Assembly (NCBI GenBank): GCA_902490365.1
Contig: CABUDQ010000001.1
Coordinates: forward strand, 2,531 to 66,530
Direction: 5' to 3'
DNA: 64,000 nucleotides
From: an uncultured Collinsella sp.
GTDB lineage: Bacteria; Actinomycetota; Coriobacteriia; Coriobacteriales; Coriobacteriaceae
Shown here: one piece after another, positions 8,296 to 18,913 of the stretch
How positions within the stretch are numbered: the first letter of the stretch is position 1
How the letters are laid out: each line of letters starts with the position of its first letter
Position numbers and translations under genes: made by a program
Notes under the pieces: generated by a model
Database searches by the model: none
What the model saw: only the letters and a program-made list of their open reading frames with translations
What the model was told of the DNA's origin: nothing

Positions 8296-11200
8296 TTAGT
8301 CATCGTCGCTCGCGCCCAGCTGCTGCAGCAGCATGAGCGCCGCAGCCACGGGGCCGGCGCCGTCGTTGGCGTCGAGGCCGCGACCCAGGCCGCTGCCCGC
8401 GCCGGCGCCCGCCTTGTAGGGCACCGACAGCTTGCGGCTCTTGGGGAAGTTCACCGCGCCATAGCGATTCTTGAACTCAAAGGCTACCTTCTTGGGAACG
8501 TCAACCCCCAGAAAGGTAATGCGCCCACCGCTGAGCGTGACGCTCTCGAGCCCCAGGCGCTCGCCGCGAATGCGGATGCGCGCGCGGTTGAACAGGTTGA
8601 GTCCCGCCAACGGCAGCTCACCATGCGCAGCCTCGGTCTCCTCCTGCACCTCATCGATGCTCTCCAGGTCCTCGGCCGCCGCAAGTTTGCGGTACACGAG
8701 CACGCGCTGATCCACCGCCGGCATGTACTCCTCGGACAAGAAGTAATCGGCCGGCAGGTTGATGCCCACGCTCGCCGCCTCCACGCCGGCATCGTCATCG
8801 CCGCGCGCCTCGGCCACGGCCTGTCCCAGCATCTGCGTAAACAGGTCGAAGCCCACGCTCGACAGGTTACCGTGCTGTTCGGCACCCATAAGCGAACCGG
8901 CGCCGCGGATCTCCAGGTCGCGCATGGCGATGCGCATGCCGCTGCCCAGGTCCTGGAACTCGGAAAGCGCGGTCAGGCGTGCCGTGGCCTCCTCGGTAAG
9001 CGGCAGCTCGCCGGGGAACATAAAGTACGCGTATGCCTGCGTGACTGAGCGGCCCACGCGGCCCTTGAGCTGGTAGAGCTGTGCCAGGCCCAGGCGCTGC
9101 GAGTCCTCGATGATGAGCGTGTTGGCGGTCGCGTTGTCGATACCGCTCTCCACGATGGTCGTGGCGATGAGCACGTCAATCTTCTTGGTCGCGAACTCGA
9201 TCATCACGTCCTCGACCTCGCGCGGGCTCATCTTGCCGTGCGCCACGCCCACGCGCGCCTCGGGCGCGGCCTCGTGCACGCGCGCCACGGCGTCGTCGAT
9301 GGTCTTGACGCGGTTGGACACGTAGTACACCTGGCCGCCGCGGCCCACCTCCAGGCGAATCGCCGCGCTCACCACATCGGGGTCGTACTCCCCCACGTGC
9401 ACGATCACGGGACGACGCCCGGTCGGCGGCGTGGTGATCAGGCTCATATCGCGCACGCCGCTCGTGGCCATCTGCATGGTACGCGGGATGGGCGTAGCCG
9501 AAAGCGTGAGCACGTCAATCTGCTCGCGCAGGTTCTTGAGCTGCTCCTTGTGCTGCACGCCAAAGCGCTGTTCCTCGTCAATGATCACCAGGCCCAGGTT
9601 CTTGGGGTTCACATCGGCGGAAAGCAAACGATGCGTGCCGATGAGCACGTCGATCGTGCCCTCGGCAAACGCCTTGAGTGCGCGCTTTTGCTGCGCCGGC
9701 GTGCGGAAGCGGCTGAGCACCTCGACCTCGAGGCCAAACGGAGCAAAGCGCTCAAAGAACGTCTCGTAGTGCTGCTGGGCCAGAATGGTCGTGGGGCAGA
9801 GCACCATGACCTGGCGGCCGGAGTCAACGCACTTAAAAGCCGCGCGCAGGGCGACCTCGGTCTTGCCAAAGCCCACGTCGCCGCACAGCAGGCGGTCCAT
9901 GGGCTTGGGCGCCTCCATATCGGCCTTAATGTCAGCGATGGCCTCCAGCTGATCGCGCGTCTCGTCGTAGGGGAAGCTCTGCTCCATCTCAATCTGCTCG
10001 GGCGTGTCGGGTGGGCAGGCGATACCGGTAATCGAAGAGCGGCGCGTATACAGATCGACCAGGTCAAACGCCAGCTTTTTGGCGTTCTTGCGCGCCTTGT
10101 TGGTTGCGCGCGTCCAGTCGGCGGTGTTGAGCCTGGTCAGGCGCGGCTTGTCGCCGTCGGGGCCAACATAGCGCGTGATGCGGTCGACCTGCTCCAACGG
10201 CACGTAGAGCTTGTCGCCGTCGGCATATTCCAGCAAAAAGTAGTCGCGCTCCTTGCCGCCCACTTCCTGGCGCGCGATCTCGCTAAAGAGCGCGATGCCG
10301 TGAGTGGCATGCACCACGTAGTCGCCCGGCTTAAACGGGAACGTGATCTGCGTAATGTCCACCTTGCGGCGGCTGCGCGCACGGTTGGCGTCCATGCGGG
10401 CGTTAAGGTCGGCGATCGAGAACACGGCCAAATTGGCGTCGGGCACCACCACGCCCTGCGGCAGGGCGGCATCCACAAAGGTCACGCGTCCGCGCGAGAT
10501 GGTGGGCACGGCGGCACCGGCGGCAGCCTGGGCGGCACCCGCCTCGAGCGAGCGGGCGTTGAGCGCATCGGCCTTGCGGTCACGAATGGAAGCATGGGCC
10601 TCCTGGCGTGCGGCACGGTCGGCGGAATCCGCCGCTGCCACGCGTACGCGCTCGCCGATAGCGCCGGCATTTTCGGGCGCCGCGGTCAGCGATTCCTCAA
10701 AGGTAATGCCCTCGTCGCCAAAAGTGAGCTCCATCGACTCGCGCGCGCCGCGGTCGGGGATGGCAAACACGCAGGCATAGCGCTTGCCCACGACCTCCTG
10801 GATGCGCGTCATAAAGCGGTTGTCCGATCCTGCGATGGCGGGCTGCTCAATCTTGAGCTCGGCCGTCACCGCACCGCCGGCACGGATGAGGCTCACATAG
10901 TTCAGGCGTTGCTGGGAACCAAAGTCGAGTTGCTGGGCACGCACGTACAGGCCGTCCAGACGGTCGACCCCCGCCTCGCCGGCACGCGTCTCGATATCCT
11001 CGTAGGCGCGCAGGCAATCGTCGAACAGCGAGCGCGGCTCGGACAGCACCACGAGCGCCTTGCCGCTCACGTGCGACAGCGGGCTCACGGTCTGACCGTA
11101 CATCACCGGCAAAAAGCGGTCGAGCTCAGGCGTGACGATGCGCGCATCCACCATCTCGAGCAGCGCCGCTAACTTGCTGTCGTCCTGGCTGGCGCGGTAG

Positions 11201-11928
11201 AGCGCCACATGCATGTTGTGGACGGCGTCGTCGGTGAGCGCGAGCTCGCGACAGGGGAAAATCTCGATGCTGTCCTCGTTGCCGATGGTCTGGCCCGTGG
11301 AGCTCACCATGCGGCGGATGCGGTCAATCTCGTCGCCGAAAAACTCAATGCGCACGGGCGCCTTCTCCTGCGCGGGGAATACCTCGACGGTGTCGCCGTG
11401 CACACGGAACAGGCCGGGCGCGTCGGCGGCGCCGGCATTGGTATAGCCCATGCCCACCAGACGCTGCGGCACCTCGTCAAAGGGAATCTCCTCGCCCACC
11501 GCAAAAGTAGTGGACTCCCAGTAGCGGCTCTCGACCGGCGGCACGCAGCGCAGCAGTGCGCGGGCCGAGGCGACCATGATGCAATTGTCCCCGCGCACGA
11601 TGCGCCCGAGCGCCTCGCAGCGCTGCGCCACCACGGCGTCGTCGGGCGCCTGCTCGCGCCACGGATAGTCCTTGCGCTCGGGAAAGCGGCACACGTGCGC
11701 CAGGCCCACGTAGGCGGCTAGACTGCGTGCGGCGCGATCGGCCGCATCCTCGCCACTCACGATGTAGACCGTGGGGCGCGGACGACGCGCAAACTGGGCG
11801 GCCGCCATAAGCGTGCGACCCGACTGAGACACGGCCAGCGTCACGTCCTCGCCAGAATCGAGCCCGGCCTCGACGGTCTGCAGCGCCTCGGCAGTATAGA
11901 GCTGCGCGGCTATACGGTGAATGAGCAT
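8296..11928 (-). CDS. mfd: Transcription-repair coupling factor
   Basis: UvrB-like N-terminus, CarD/RID (GDYVVHATHGIA), GDVGFGKT, DEEQRFG, SATPIPR, QLKGRVGR, TRG motif; ATG at 11928 with GGAGG RBS. Confidence 0.97.
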   Translation of the reverse strand: MLIHRIAAQLYTAEALQTVEAGLDSGEDVTLAVSQSGRTLMAAAQFARRPRPTVYIVSGEDAADRAARSLAAYVGLAHVCRFPERKDYPWREQAPDDAVVAQRCEALGRIVRGDNCIMVASARALLRCVPPVESRYWESTTFAVGEEIPFDEVPQRLVGMGYTNAGAADAPGLFRVHGDTVEVFPAQEKAPVRIEFFGDEIDRIRRMVSSTGQTIGNEDSIEIFPCRELALTDDAVHNMHVALYRASQDDSKLAALLEMVDARIVTPELDRFLPVMYGQTVSPLSHVSGKALVVLSEPRSLFDDCLRAYEDIETRAGEAGVDRLDGLYVRAQQLDFGSQQRLNYVSLIRAGGAVTAELKIEQPAIAGSDNRFMTRIQEVVGKRYACVFAIPDRGARESMELTFGDEGITFEESLTAAPENAGAIGERVRVAAADSADRAARQEAHASIRDRKADALNARSLEAGAAQAAAGAAVPTISRGRVTFVDAALPQGVVVPDANLAVFSIADLNARMDANRARSRRKVDITQITFPFKPGDYVVHATHGIALFSEIARQEVGGKERDYFLLEYADGDKLYVPLEQVDRITRYVGPDGDKPRLTRLNTADWTRATNKARKNAKKLAFDLVDLYTRRSSITGIACPPDTPEQIEMEQSFPYDETRDQLEAIADIKADMEAPKPMDRLLCGDVGFGKTEVALRAAFKCVDSGRQVMVLCPTTILAQQHYETFFERFAPFGLEVEVLSRFRTPAQQKRALKAFAEGTIDVLIGTHRLLSADVNPKNLGLVIIDEEQRFGVQHKEQLKNLREQIDVLTLSATPIPRTMQMATSGVRDMSLITTPPTGRRPVIVHVGEYDPDVVSAAIRLEVGRGGQVYYVSNRVKTIDDAVARVHEAAPEARVGVAHGKMSPREVEDVMIEFATKKIDVLIATTIVESGIDNATANTLIIEDSQRLGLAQLYQLKGRVGRSVTQAYAYFMFPGELPLTEEATARLTALSEFQDLGSGMRIAMRDLEIRGAGSLMGAEQHGNLSSVGFDLFTQMLGQAVAEARGDDDAGVEAASVGINLPADYFLSEEYMPAVDQRVLVYRKLAAAEDLESIDEVQEETEAAHGELPLAGLNLFNRARIRIRGERLGLESVTLSGGRITFLGVDVPKKVAFEFKNRYGAVNFPKSRKLSVPYKAGAGAGSGLGRGLDANDGAGPVAAALMLLQQLGASDDD

Positions 11929-12052
11929 GCTGTTCCTCCGGCATTGCAACGCCAAAAGCCCGCCGGGGCAAGCTCGGCGGGTCGTTCGTCAAATTCGTTG
12001 CCTGTCATGGTAGCGCATGGAGAGGACTCCAGCTCAAGCGTACGTCCAGCCC

Positions 12053-12088
12053 CGCAAAAAACGCCAGACGGACGAGCCGCCTGGCGCT
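12053..12088 (-). terminator. Rho-independent terminator of the zinc-ribbon gene
   Basis: CGCCAG...CTGGCG stem with an A-run on the + strand (U-tract on the - strand). Confidence 0.55.
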
Positions 12089-12112
12089 ATCAGAGTGAGC
12101 TATACGCCGAGT

Positions 12113-13159
12113 CTAGTCGTAGACACCCATTTTAAGCAGCGTGAAGGTCGGAGCGCCGTCACCCTGCACGACGCGAACCGTGCAAGTCTCGGTACGGCCC
12201 ATGGATGCGTTCGCTTGAATTGCGGCGATGAACTGGTCCTTTGGCAGGCCGTAGGTGCTCTCGGGGATGTCGGAAGGAAGTAGCATACCGCCAGCACTGT
12301 AGACCTCATAGGTGAGCTCGTAGATGTTGTCGCCAAGGTCAGTCGCGCCCGTAACGATGGCACACGGTGGGTTGTAATTTCCCTGGCCGTATTCCTGTTT
12401 CAGATACAAGTACCCGTCATGCGCTTCGGCCGAATCAGGAATCGCCTGCCCCTCCGGCGTTCTGTCATAAGTCATATCGGCATCGGAAAGCGTCAGGCCC
12501 GTCAAGCGGTTGAGTTCCCTATTGACCACATCAGTCGCCACACGCTGGCGATTACCGTTGTCGTAGTCGCCTTTCTCGATTCGATACGGCGCGTTGTCAA
12601 TAAAATGGCACCAGATAAACTTGACCAGCTTGTATTTCTCGTCATCAGAAAGTCCGTCAGTCGAATCGAAGCCGCCCGCCTGATACCAGTCCCGATCGAA
12701 GTGTTCCTCCGTAAAGTTCGAAAGAAACAGATTCGCGGCGGCATAGGTTGCCTGGTCATTGAGGTCGACCTTTACGCTGCTGCCCGTCTGCTCGGGCTCT
12801 TCCGGCTCTTCTTGCCCTTCGGCAGGCTTCTCCTTGGCGCTTCCCTTGTCCTTGTGCTCGGCCGAACCCTCGTCGGACCCAAGCACCGTAATCTGCGATG
12901 AGCCACCCTGCCCAAGCGGACCCAGCACGCCGGTCAGTGCCAGCGCGGCACCGCCGGCAACGAGCACGCCCACCACACATATGCCGATAATCACCGCCCG
13001 CTTATGCGATTTCTTTTGCACGGAAGGCATCCCTGCCGCCGGCATCGATGCGGGCTCAGCAGGCGCGGTAGCTGGAGAAGCGGCACCCATGCGTGCCCCG
13101 CAGTTCGTGCAAAAATCGGTTCCGTCGGGCATCTCGGAGCCACACTTGGTGCAAAACAT
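12113..13159 (-). CDS. Zinc-ribbon (CxxC...CxxC) membrane-anchored protein with an extracytoplasmic C-terminal domain
   Basis: MFCTKCG...FCTNCG, Ala/Pro linker, KKSHKR plus one TM, charged linker, ~200-aa C-terminal domain. Confidence 0.8.
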   Translation of the reverse strand: MFCTKCGSEMPDGTDFCTNCGARMGAASPATAPAEPASMPAAGMPSVQKKSHKRAVIIGICVVGVLVAGGAALALTGVLGPLGQGGSSQITVLGSDEGSAEHKDKGSAKEKPAEGQEEPEEPEQTGSSVKVDLNDQATYAAANLFLSNFTEEHFDRDWYQAGGFDSTDGLSDDEKYKLVKFIWCHFIDNAPYRIEKGDYDNGNRQRVATDVVNRELNRLTGLTLSDADMTYDRTPEGQAIPDSAEAHDGYLYLKQEYGQGNYNPPCAIVTGATDLGDNIYELTYEVYSAGGMLLPSDIPESTYGLPKDQFIAAIQANASMGRTETCTVRVVQGDGAPTFTLLKMGVYD

Positions 13160-13278
13160 ATTCGGGCATCCCCTCACAACAAACGGCATCTGTCGCCATC
13201 ATATTGAGCCTTCGCGGCCCAAATGTGTTGCGCAACATTAGTCGCCGTCTTCAGGTGCCGGCAAAACGCGCCGGGCGC

Positions 13279-13944
13279 TTACCCCGTCACACGCACGCTG
13301 GGGCAAAGGTCTGCCAGCGGGCACTCGTCGCACTTAGGTTTGCGAGCGTCGCAGATCTCGCGGCCAAAGGTGATCCACTGGTGGTTGACCGACTCCCAAT
13401 ACTCGTGCGGCAAAATCTTGAGCAGATCCTGCTCGGTCTTGAGCGGCTCTTTGGCGTGCGTCTTGGGGCTCAGCATCAGGCGGTGCGCGATGCGGTTGAC
13501 GTGCGTATCGACCGCGATGCCCTCGACAATGCCAAACCCCACGTTGAGCACGATGTTCGCCGTTTTGCGGCCAACACCCGGCAGCTTGACGAGCTCCTTC
13601 ATGTCGGCCGGCACCTCGCCACCGTAATCGGCGACGATCATCTGCGCGGCCTCCACGGCATGTTTGGCCTTACTCTTATAAAAGCCGAGTGACTTGATGG
13701 TATCGGCCACATCGGCCACGCTCGCCCCCGCCATGGCCTCGGGCGTGGGCCACTGGGTAAACAGTTGGGGCGTCACCTTGTTGACCTGCGCGTCGGTCGT
13801 CTGCGCCGAGAGCAGTACCGCGATGAGCAGCCTAAAGGGATTCTCGTGGTCCAAGAAGCACTCGACCGGGCCATAGCGACGGTTAAGGCGCTCGCACACC
13901 TCGATGGCGCGCTCGCGTTTGGCGGCATTGGTCTCGCGTGGCAT
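13279..13944 (-). CDS. nth: Endonuclease III
   Basis: LLSAQTTD, HhH LPGVGRKTA, VDTHV, Fe-S motif CDARKPKCDECPLADLC. Confidence 0.95.
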   Translation of the reverse strand: MPRETNAAKRERAIEVCERLNRRYGPVECFLDHENPFRLLIAVLLSAQTTDAQVNKVTPQLFTQWPTPEAMAGASVADVADTIKSLGFYKSKAKHAVEAAQMIVADYGGEVPADMKELVKLPGVGRKTANIVLNVGFGIVEGIAVDTHVNRIAHRLMLSPKTHAKEPLKTEQDLLKILPHEYWESVNHQWITFGREICDARKPKCDECPLADLCPSVRVTG

Positions 13945-14007
13945 AACGACTCCTCGGCTCAGCAGAAACATAACTTCACGGAAACGATTGTCCCACGTAC
14001 GGGAGCC

Positions 14008-15810
14008 TTAAGCCTCCAAAAATGCGCCGGTCTGGCGGCTCCACAGGCTTGCGTATTCGCCGCCCGCCTCGACAAGCTGCGCATGCGTGCCGTCCTCGAC
14101 AATCTCGCCATCCGCCAGCACCACGATGCGGTCGAGCGCCGCCACGGTGGACAGGCGATGCGCCACCACTATGGAGGTGCGCCCGCGCATCAGGTTCTCG
14201 AGCGCCTCCTGCACCAACGCCTCGGACTCACTGTCCAGGGCAGAGGTCGCCTCGTCGAGCACCAGAATCGGCGCGTCGGTGAGGATGGCACGGGCGATGG
14301 CCACGCGCTGGCGCTGACCACCCGAAAGCTTAACGCCGCGCTCGCCCACCATGGTGTCAAAGCCGTTGGGTAGGCGGTCGATAAACTCCAGGGCATTGGC
14401 CAGGCGCGCAGCCTCGCGAATCTGCTCGTCGGTAGCGTCGGGGCGGCCGTAGGCGATATTCTCGCGAATGGAGCGGTGGAACAGCAGCGCCTCCTGCGGC
14501 ACGTAGGCAACCTGGCGGCGCAGGCTCTGCTGCGTGCAGCGCGAGACGTCCTGGCCGTCCACGAGCACGCGGCCGCCCTGTACGTCGTCCAAGCGCAGCA
14601 ACAGCTTAGTGAGCGTCGTCTTGCCCGAGCCCGATTTGCCCACCAGGCCCACGCGCTGGCCCGCCGCCACATGGAGCGTCAGGTCGTCGAACACGCTCTC
14701 GCCCACCGCGGCATCACGGTATGCAAAGCTCAGGTGCTCAAAATCAATTGCGCCCTCGCTCACCTTGAGCTCGGGGGCATTCGCGCCGTCTGCCACCAGA
14801 CGCGGCTCGTCCAGCACGCGCGTCATCTCCGCCGCATCGCCCAGCGCGCGGTTGATGCGCTGCATCATGGAGCTCACGTAGTTCAGACGCATAGTGAGGT
14901 TGTACGTATAGGTAAAGATCATGGCGAGCGCGCCGGCCGAAATGCCAAACCACGCGTTGCCGCCCGCCACAAACACGCTCACCACGGCCATGGTAATGAC
15001 GATAAGGCCCGAGGTCGTAAAGTTGCGCTGCATCATGGCGTGCATCGAAACCGTCTCGGCATCGCGCGCGGCGCGGTCGGCGGCATCGAACAGGTCGCGC
15101 TCAAAGTCCTCGCGCCCGCAAGTCTTGACGGCCAGGATGTTCGTAACCGCGTCGGAAAGCACGCCCGACAGCTTGTTCTGAGCGGCGGACGTCGCGGCCG
15201 AAAGCGGCATGATGCGCTTGTACATAAGCCAGACAAACGCAATATAGATGACCATAATGCCCACCAGGATCACGGTAAATGCGGGCACCACCGGGGCGAG
15301 CGCCGCCACCGTGCAGATGATCGAAGTAATGGTGGGAATGAGCGAATACACCGTCACGTCGACCAAGCCCGTGTAGCCACTCATGAAACGGCTCGTCTGG
15401 CTCACAAGCGATCCGCCAAATCGGCTGGTGTGGAATGTCATGGATTGATTGGAAAGCGTGTCAAAGCACAGGCGCGCCAGGTGGTAGTTGCCCGCAATCT
15501 CGAGCTTGTAGACGGTGTAGTCCTGCAGCTTGGAGAGGATTTGACCCACTAGGTTAACGAGCACGAGCGCCAGAATGTAGGGGACAAAGACCTCGAATAC
15601 TTGATCGCCTGCCACGGGGCCGGCCTGAACGCGGTCGACGATGAGGGCCATCACGTAGGTGTTGGCAAACGTGAGCAAAAAGATGTAGCCCGCCGACGAG
15701 AACACCGAGAGAAAGACGATCAACGGCTGCGTGCGCGTGACGTCCCAAAAACGCTGCAGCGTGCGGCGCACGGTGGAACGCTTGAGTGGGCTGGTGCTTC
15801 TCTGAGACAT
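14008..15810 (-). CDS. ABC transporter, fused permease/ATP-binding (MsbA-like exporter)
   Basis: 6-TM N-terminus, GKSGSGKT, LSGGQRQR, LVLDEATSALD, AHRLST. Confidence 0.92.
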   Translation of the reverse strand: MSQRSTSPLKRSTVRRTLQRFWDVTRTQPLIVFLSVFSSAGYIFLLTFANTYVMALIVDRVQAGPVAGDQVFEVFVPYILALVLVNLVGQILSKLQDYTVYKLEIAGNYHLARLCFDTLSNQSMTFHTSRFGGSLVSQTSRFMSGYTGLVDVTVYSLIPTITSIICTVAALAPVVPAFTVILVGIMVIYIAFVWLMYKRIMPLSAATSAAQNKLSGVLSDAVTNILAVKTCGREDFERDLFDAADRAARDAETVSMHAMMQRNFTTSGLIVITMAVVSVFVAGGNAWFGISAGALAMIFTYTYNLTMRLNYVSSMMQRINRALGDAAEMTRVLDEPRLVADGANAPELKVSEGAIDFEHLSFAYRDAAVGESVFDDLTLHVAAGQRVGLVGKSGSGKTTLTKLLLRLDDVQGGRVLVDGQDVSRCTQQSLRRQVAYVPQEALLFHRSIRENIAYGRPDATDEQIREAARLANALEFIDRLPNGFDTMVGERGVKLSGGQRQRVAIARAILTDAPILVLDEATSALDSESEALVQEALENLMRGRTSIVVAHRLSTVAALDRIVVLADGEIVEDGTHAQLVEAGGEYASLWSRQTGAFLEA

Positions 15811-15935
15811 GGGCTTCCTTTCGCGTCTGATAGGGCGAAAGGCCATTGTTGCACATTAAAGTGCGCTTTAGGCAAGTGCAATGCGAAAAGCGCCCGCGCC
15901 CCGCGTTTACGCCGGCGCGCCGCCGTCCGTTGCGG

Positions 15936-17291
15936 CTAGTCCTCGTCTTCCTGGCCCGCAAGTAACCCTGCGGACTCCAAGCCCAAAATCTCGTCGGCCT
16001 CCCGCGCGTCTTCCAGCGCGTCGATATCCTTAAGCTTGCGCTCCATAACATTGGTGCGCGTGGTGATGATGCCCTCGACCGTTTTGCCCGCGGTCTCGAT
16101 CTGCTGTTGGGCGCGACGCAGTGCTGCTTGGTAACGTGGCAGCTCGGCCTTGACGGCGGAAAGTACGCGCAGCACGTCATCGGTGCGTTTTTGCAACTTA
16201 AACGTCTGGTAGCTCATCTGCAGGCTGTTGAGGATGGCGGCCATGGTGCTGGGGCCGGCAACGTTGACGTGATAGTCGCGGCCCAGGGTCTCGATAAGCC
16301 CGGGACGGCTGACGACCTCGGCATACAGGCCCTCAAACGGCACGAACAGAATGCCAAAGTTGGTCGTCGCAGGCACGCTCAGGTACTTTTCGCAGATGTC
16401 CTTGGCCTCGCGTTTGACCATCGCATCGAGCGTCTTGCGCGCAGCGGCGACGGCCTCCGCGTCGCCCGACTCCTGGGCGTCGAGCAGATGCTCGTACGCA
16501 TCGCCCGGGAATTTGGAGTCGATCGGCAGCAATACGGGATCGCCCTCGTCTACCGGCAGTTTGACAGCAAACTCAACGCGCTCCGAGGCGCCGGGCTTGG
16601 TGGCGACGTTTTCCAAATACTGATCGGGCGTGAGAATGTCCGCCAGGATCGCACCCAGCTGCACCTCGCCCAAAATGCCGCGCGCCTTGACGTTGCCCAG
16701 CACGCGCTTAAGGTCGCCCACGCCGGTGGCGATAGACTGCATGTCGCCCAGGCCCTTGTACACGGCCTCGAGCTGGTCGCTCACCTGCTTAAACGATGCC
16801 GACAGTCGGTCGTTGAGCGTGCGAGAGAGCTTCTCGTCCACCGTCGCACGCATTTGGTCGAGCTGCACGTTGTTGTCTTTGCGGATGGCGCCCAGCTGAG
16901 CATCGACCGTCTCGCGCACCTTGTCCAGGCGATGCTCGATGCCTTCGCGGTTGGCGCCAAGCTGTTGGGCCGTCTCGCGGCGCAGGTCATCCATACGATC
17001 GCCAGCCTGCGAGAACTCACGCGCGATGGCCAGGTAGCGTTGCTGCTCCACGGCCGCATCGGTTGTCTGCTGTTGCGCGATGGCATTTGCCGTGCGGCGG
17101 GTTTCGGCCAACGCGACGTTGAGGGCATCGAGCGCGCTGTTGGCCTGCTCGAGCGCCGCGAGCGTCTCCGCTTCGTTGCCGCCACGCTCTCGCAACTCGG
17201 CACGAAGGCCTTTAAGCTGCAGGGCGCAAACCACAGCAACTCCCACCGCCACTAAGGCGATCACAACAAGCGCAATATCAATAGCAGACAT
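15936..17291 (-). CDS. rmuC: DNA recombination protein RmuC
   Basis: N-terminal TM, coiled coil, KARGILGEVQL, LPIDSKFP, FVPFEGLY, AGPSTM. Confidence 0.92.
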   Translation of the reverse strand: MSAIDIALVVIALVAVGVAVVCALQLKGLRAELRERGGNEAETLAALEQANSALDALNVALAETRRTANAIAQQQTTDAAVEQQRYLAIAREFSQAGDRMDDLRRETAQQLGANREGIEHRLDKVRETVDAQLGAIRKDNNVQLDQMRATVDEKLSRTLNDRLSASFKQVSDQLEAVYKGLGDMQSIATGVGDLKRVLGNVKARGILGEVQLGAILADILTPDQYLENVATKPGASERVEFAVKLPVDEGDPVLLPIDSKFPGDAYEHLLDAQESGDAEAVAAARKTLDAMVKREAKDICEKYLSVPATTNFGILFVPFEGLYAEVVSRPGLIETLGRDYHVNVAGPSTMAAILNSLQMSYQTFKLQKRTDDVLRVLSAVKAELPRYQAALRRAQQQIETAGKTVEGIITTRTNVMERKLKDIDALEDAREADEILGLESAGLLAGQEDED

Positions 17292-17342
17292 AGACTCCGC
17301 CCAACAAACCCAATCGATTATCAATCAAAACCGCGATCAATC

Positions 17343-17906
17343 TTACCCCGCCACACGCACTGGGCGCTCGGCCCCTTCTTGGGCGCTTCTCTCCTCCGCA
17401 TATTCCATAATGCGGCGCGCTGTCTTCCTGCTCACCTTCGAGTCATCACCGGCTAAGTATGCGTACACGTTTCCCTTATTCAGATTCAAATCGCGGCAGA
17501 GACCGTAGCGCGTTACGCCCGACTTCCCTAGCGCTCCCAATGTTCTTTTTCGCATCAGGGCGTTGATCCTCCTGTCCGCCACTGGCTTTTCCTTCACCGC
17601 TCTATACGCGCGCCAGACGTTGGCGTAACGATTGGGGAGCTTATCGTCGGAGCATAGAGATGCCAGGCTACTCGCTTGGCCATACAGAGACAAAACACCT
17701 CGATAGCCCTCTTCCATCCACGAGCCCTCGGATAAACCCAGAACGTATTCGGCCTTACCCTGCGCCAAAGCGAGCAAAAACAGAGGCTCCGCCACACGCG
17801 GCTCAACCGTTGTTGCCTGCTTTACAAGCTTCCTAAAACTCAGCGACTGCTGTCCGGACAGCTCTCGGCAATAGCCTTTCAAAAATCCCTCAAAAGTCAG
17901 ATTCAA
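17343..17906 (-). CDS. Hypothetical protein with C-terminal XRE-like HTH (antitoxin-like)
   Basis: TTG start with AAGGAGG RBS; C-terminal GVTRYGLCRDLNLNKGNVYAYLAG HTH pattern; lower GC than neighbours. Confidence 0.7.
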   Translation of the reverse strand: MNLTFEGFLKGYCRELSGQQSLSFRKLVKQATTVEPRVAEPLFLLALAQGKAEYVLGLSEGSWMEEGYRGVLSLYGQASSLASLCSDDKLPNRYANVWRAYRAVKEKPVADRRINALMRKRTLGALGKSGVTRYGLCRDLNLNKGNVYAYLAGDDSKVSRKTARRIMEYAEERSAQEGAERPVRVAG

Positions 17907-17956
17907 CCGAGCACCTCCTTTTTGTATTGCCTGTATCTCCTATTATTATTATTCAT
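17903..17956 (-). pseudogene. 17-codon mini-ORF or remnant 3' end of an upstream partner gene
   Basis: ATG AAT AAT AAT AAT AGG AGA TAC...GGT TGA = MNNNNRRYRQYKKEVLG*; the stop overlaps the TTG start of the downstream gene. Confidence 0.35.
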
Positions 17957-18057
17957 CTCCAATAATATTATTCAGTCGCACGACAGGACCCACAGGATGC
18001 AAGAATCCTACTCGTGGCGAGAATCCCTACACCCTAGAAGTCCTAATGTGACAAACG

Positions 18058-18480
18058 CTAACTCTCCCAGCCGGTGCGGATGGTTGTTATGACATCGCCT
18101 AGGCGCTGGCCGAGGGCTGACAGATGTTGGAGCACTTCGCTGGGCGAAGCACCGTTGAGGATGCAGGTGAGCGCATACGAGACCAAGAAAATCGCCGCAA
18201 GTCCTAACGGAATGAGCACAATCATCGCTAACGTGCGCAGGCGCTGGCCCACGCGACGATGACGCGTGCGGCGCTTGTCGAACGCAAGCTCCTGCGCATA
18301 TGAATCTTGTTGTACGGAATAGTTCTCTGGCGCCAATCCGCCCGCAGGCGAAACCGCGGGCGTGGCATTTTGCGCAGGGGGCTGGGCTGCTACCCCTTGC
18401 ATTTGCATCTCCATAAGCCGTTGCTGTTGGCGCAACATGCGTTCGGCTTGTTGCTGCGGAGTCTCAAGAAACAGATCCAT
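18058..18480 (-). CDS. Hypothetical single-TM protein with Gln-rich N-terminus
   Basis: ATG at 18480 with GGAGG RBS; MDLFLETPQQQAERMLRQQQ..., basic patch followed by a TM. Confidence 0.7.
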   Translation of the reverse strand: MDLFLETPQQQAERMLRQQQRLMEMQMQGVAAQPPAQNATPAVSPAGGLAPENYSVQQDSYAQELAFDKRRTRHRRVGQRLRTLAMIVLIPLGLAAIFLVSYALTCILNGASPSEVLQHLSALGQRLGDVITTIRTGWES

Positions 18481-18726
18481 GCTGGCCTCCAAAATCGGAG
18501 CATTCGACGCTTGCGCCCAGCATCCCGCACCACCAAGGCCACGGCAACGCAATCCGTAGCAATAGCTGCAAAGTTTCTTGCTGACAAAAGCTGTCGAAAA
18601 CCTCAACAACTCCCCTACCAGCACTTTCTTTGAGCTTTTTTATCGGATGATCTTTTGCCCTTCCGCCAGCCCGCCAACTGACCAAAATCTAACCAAAAGC
18701 TTGACGAAAAGTGTGGAGACAGGGAC

Positions 18727-18896
18727 CCCACACAAAAAGTGCCGCCCCAAAGGGGCGGCACACAAACTTATTGTCAGCTTTTCTGTAACGAGCATGCGAC
18801 GACTCAACGCCGGAGCGCAGGGCGGGGAAACCTTTGCCTCGCGCGACCCTGCGGAGCCGTGAGCGAGAGGGAAAGGTCTCCCCGCCCTGCGCTCCG
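18727..18896 (-). repeat. ~170-bp repeat, copy 1 (long hairpin plus terminator)
   Basis: Aligns with 19633-19809; rod hairpin 18811-18896 and GTGCCGCCCC/GGGGCGGCAC terminator stem. Confidence 0.85.
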
Positions 18897-18913
18897 TGGT
18901 CGGTGAGGACAGA

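Noticed and set aside
9238..11172. 644-aa + strand ORF and similar long ORFs (31347-32777, 24082-25383, 6935-8299, 36184-37179, 296-1210)
   Set aside because: All lie opposite well-supported genes and lack their own motifs or RBS.
18580..18715. Short TGACnAAAA-like repeats upstream of the 18480 gene
   Set aside because: Short, irregularly spaced and in A-rich DNA; cannot be distinguished from chance.
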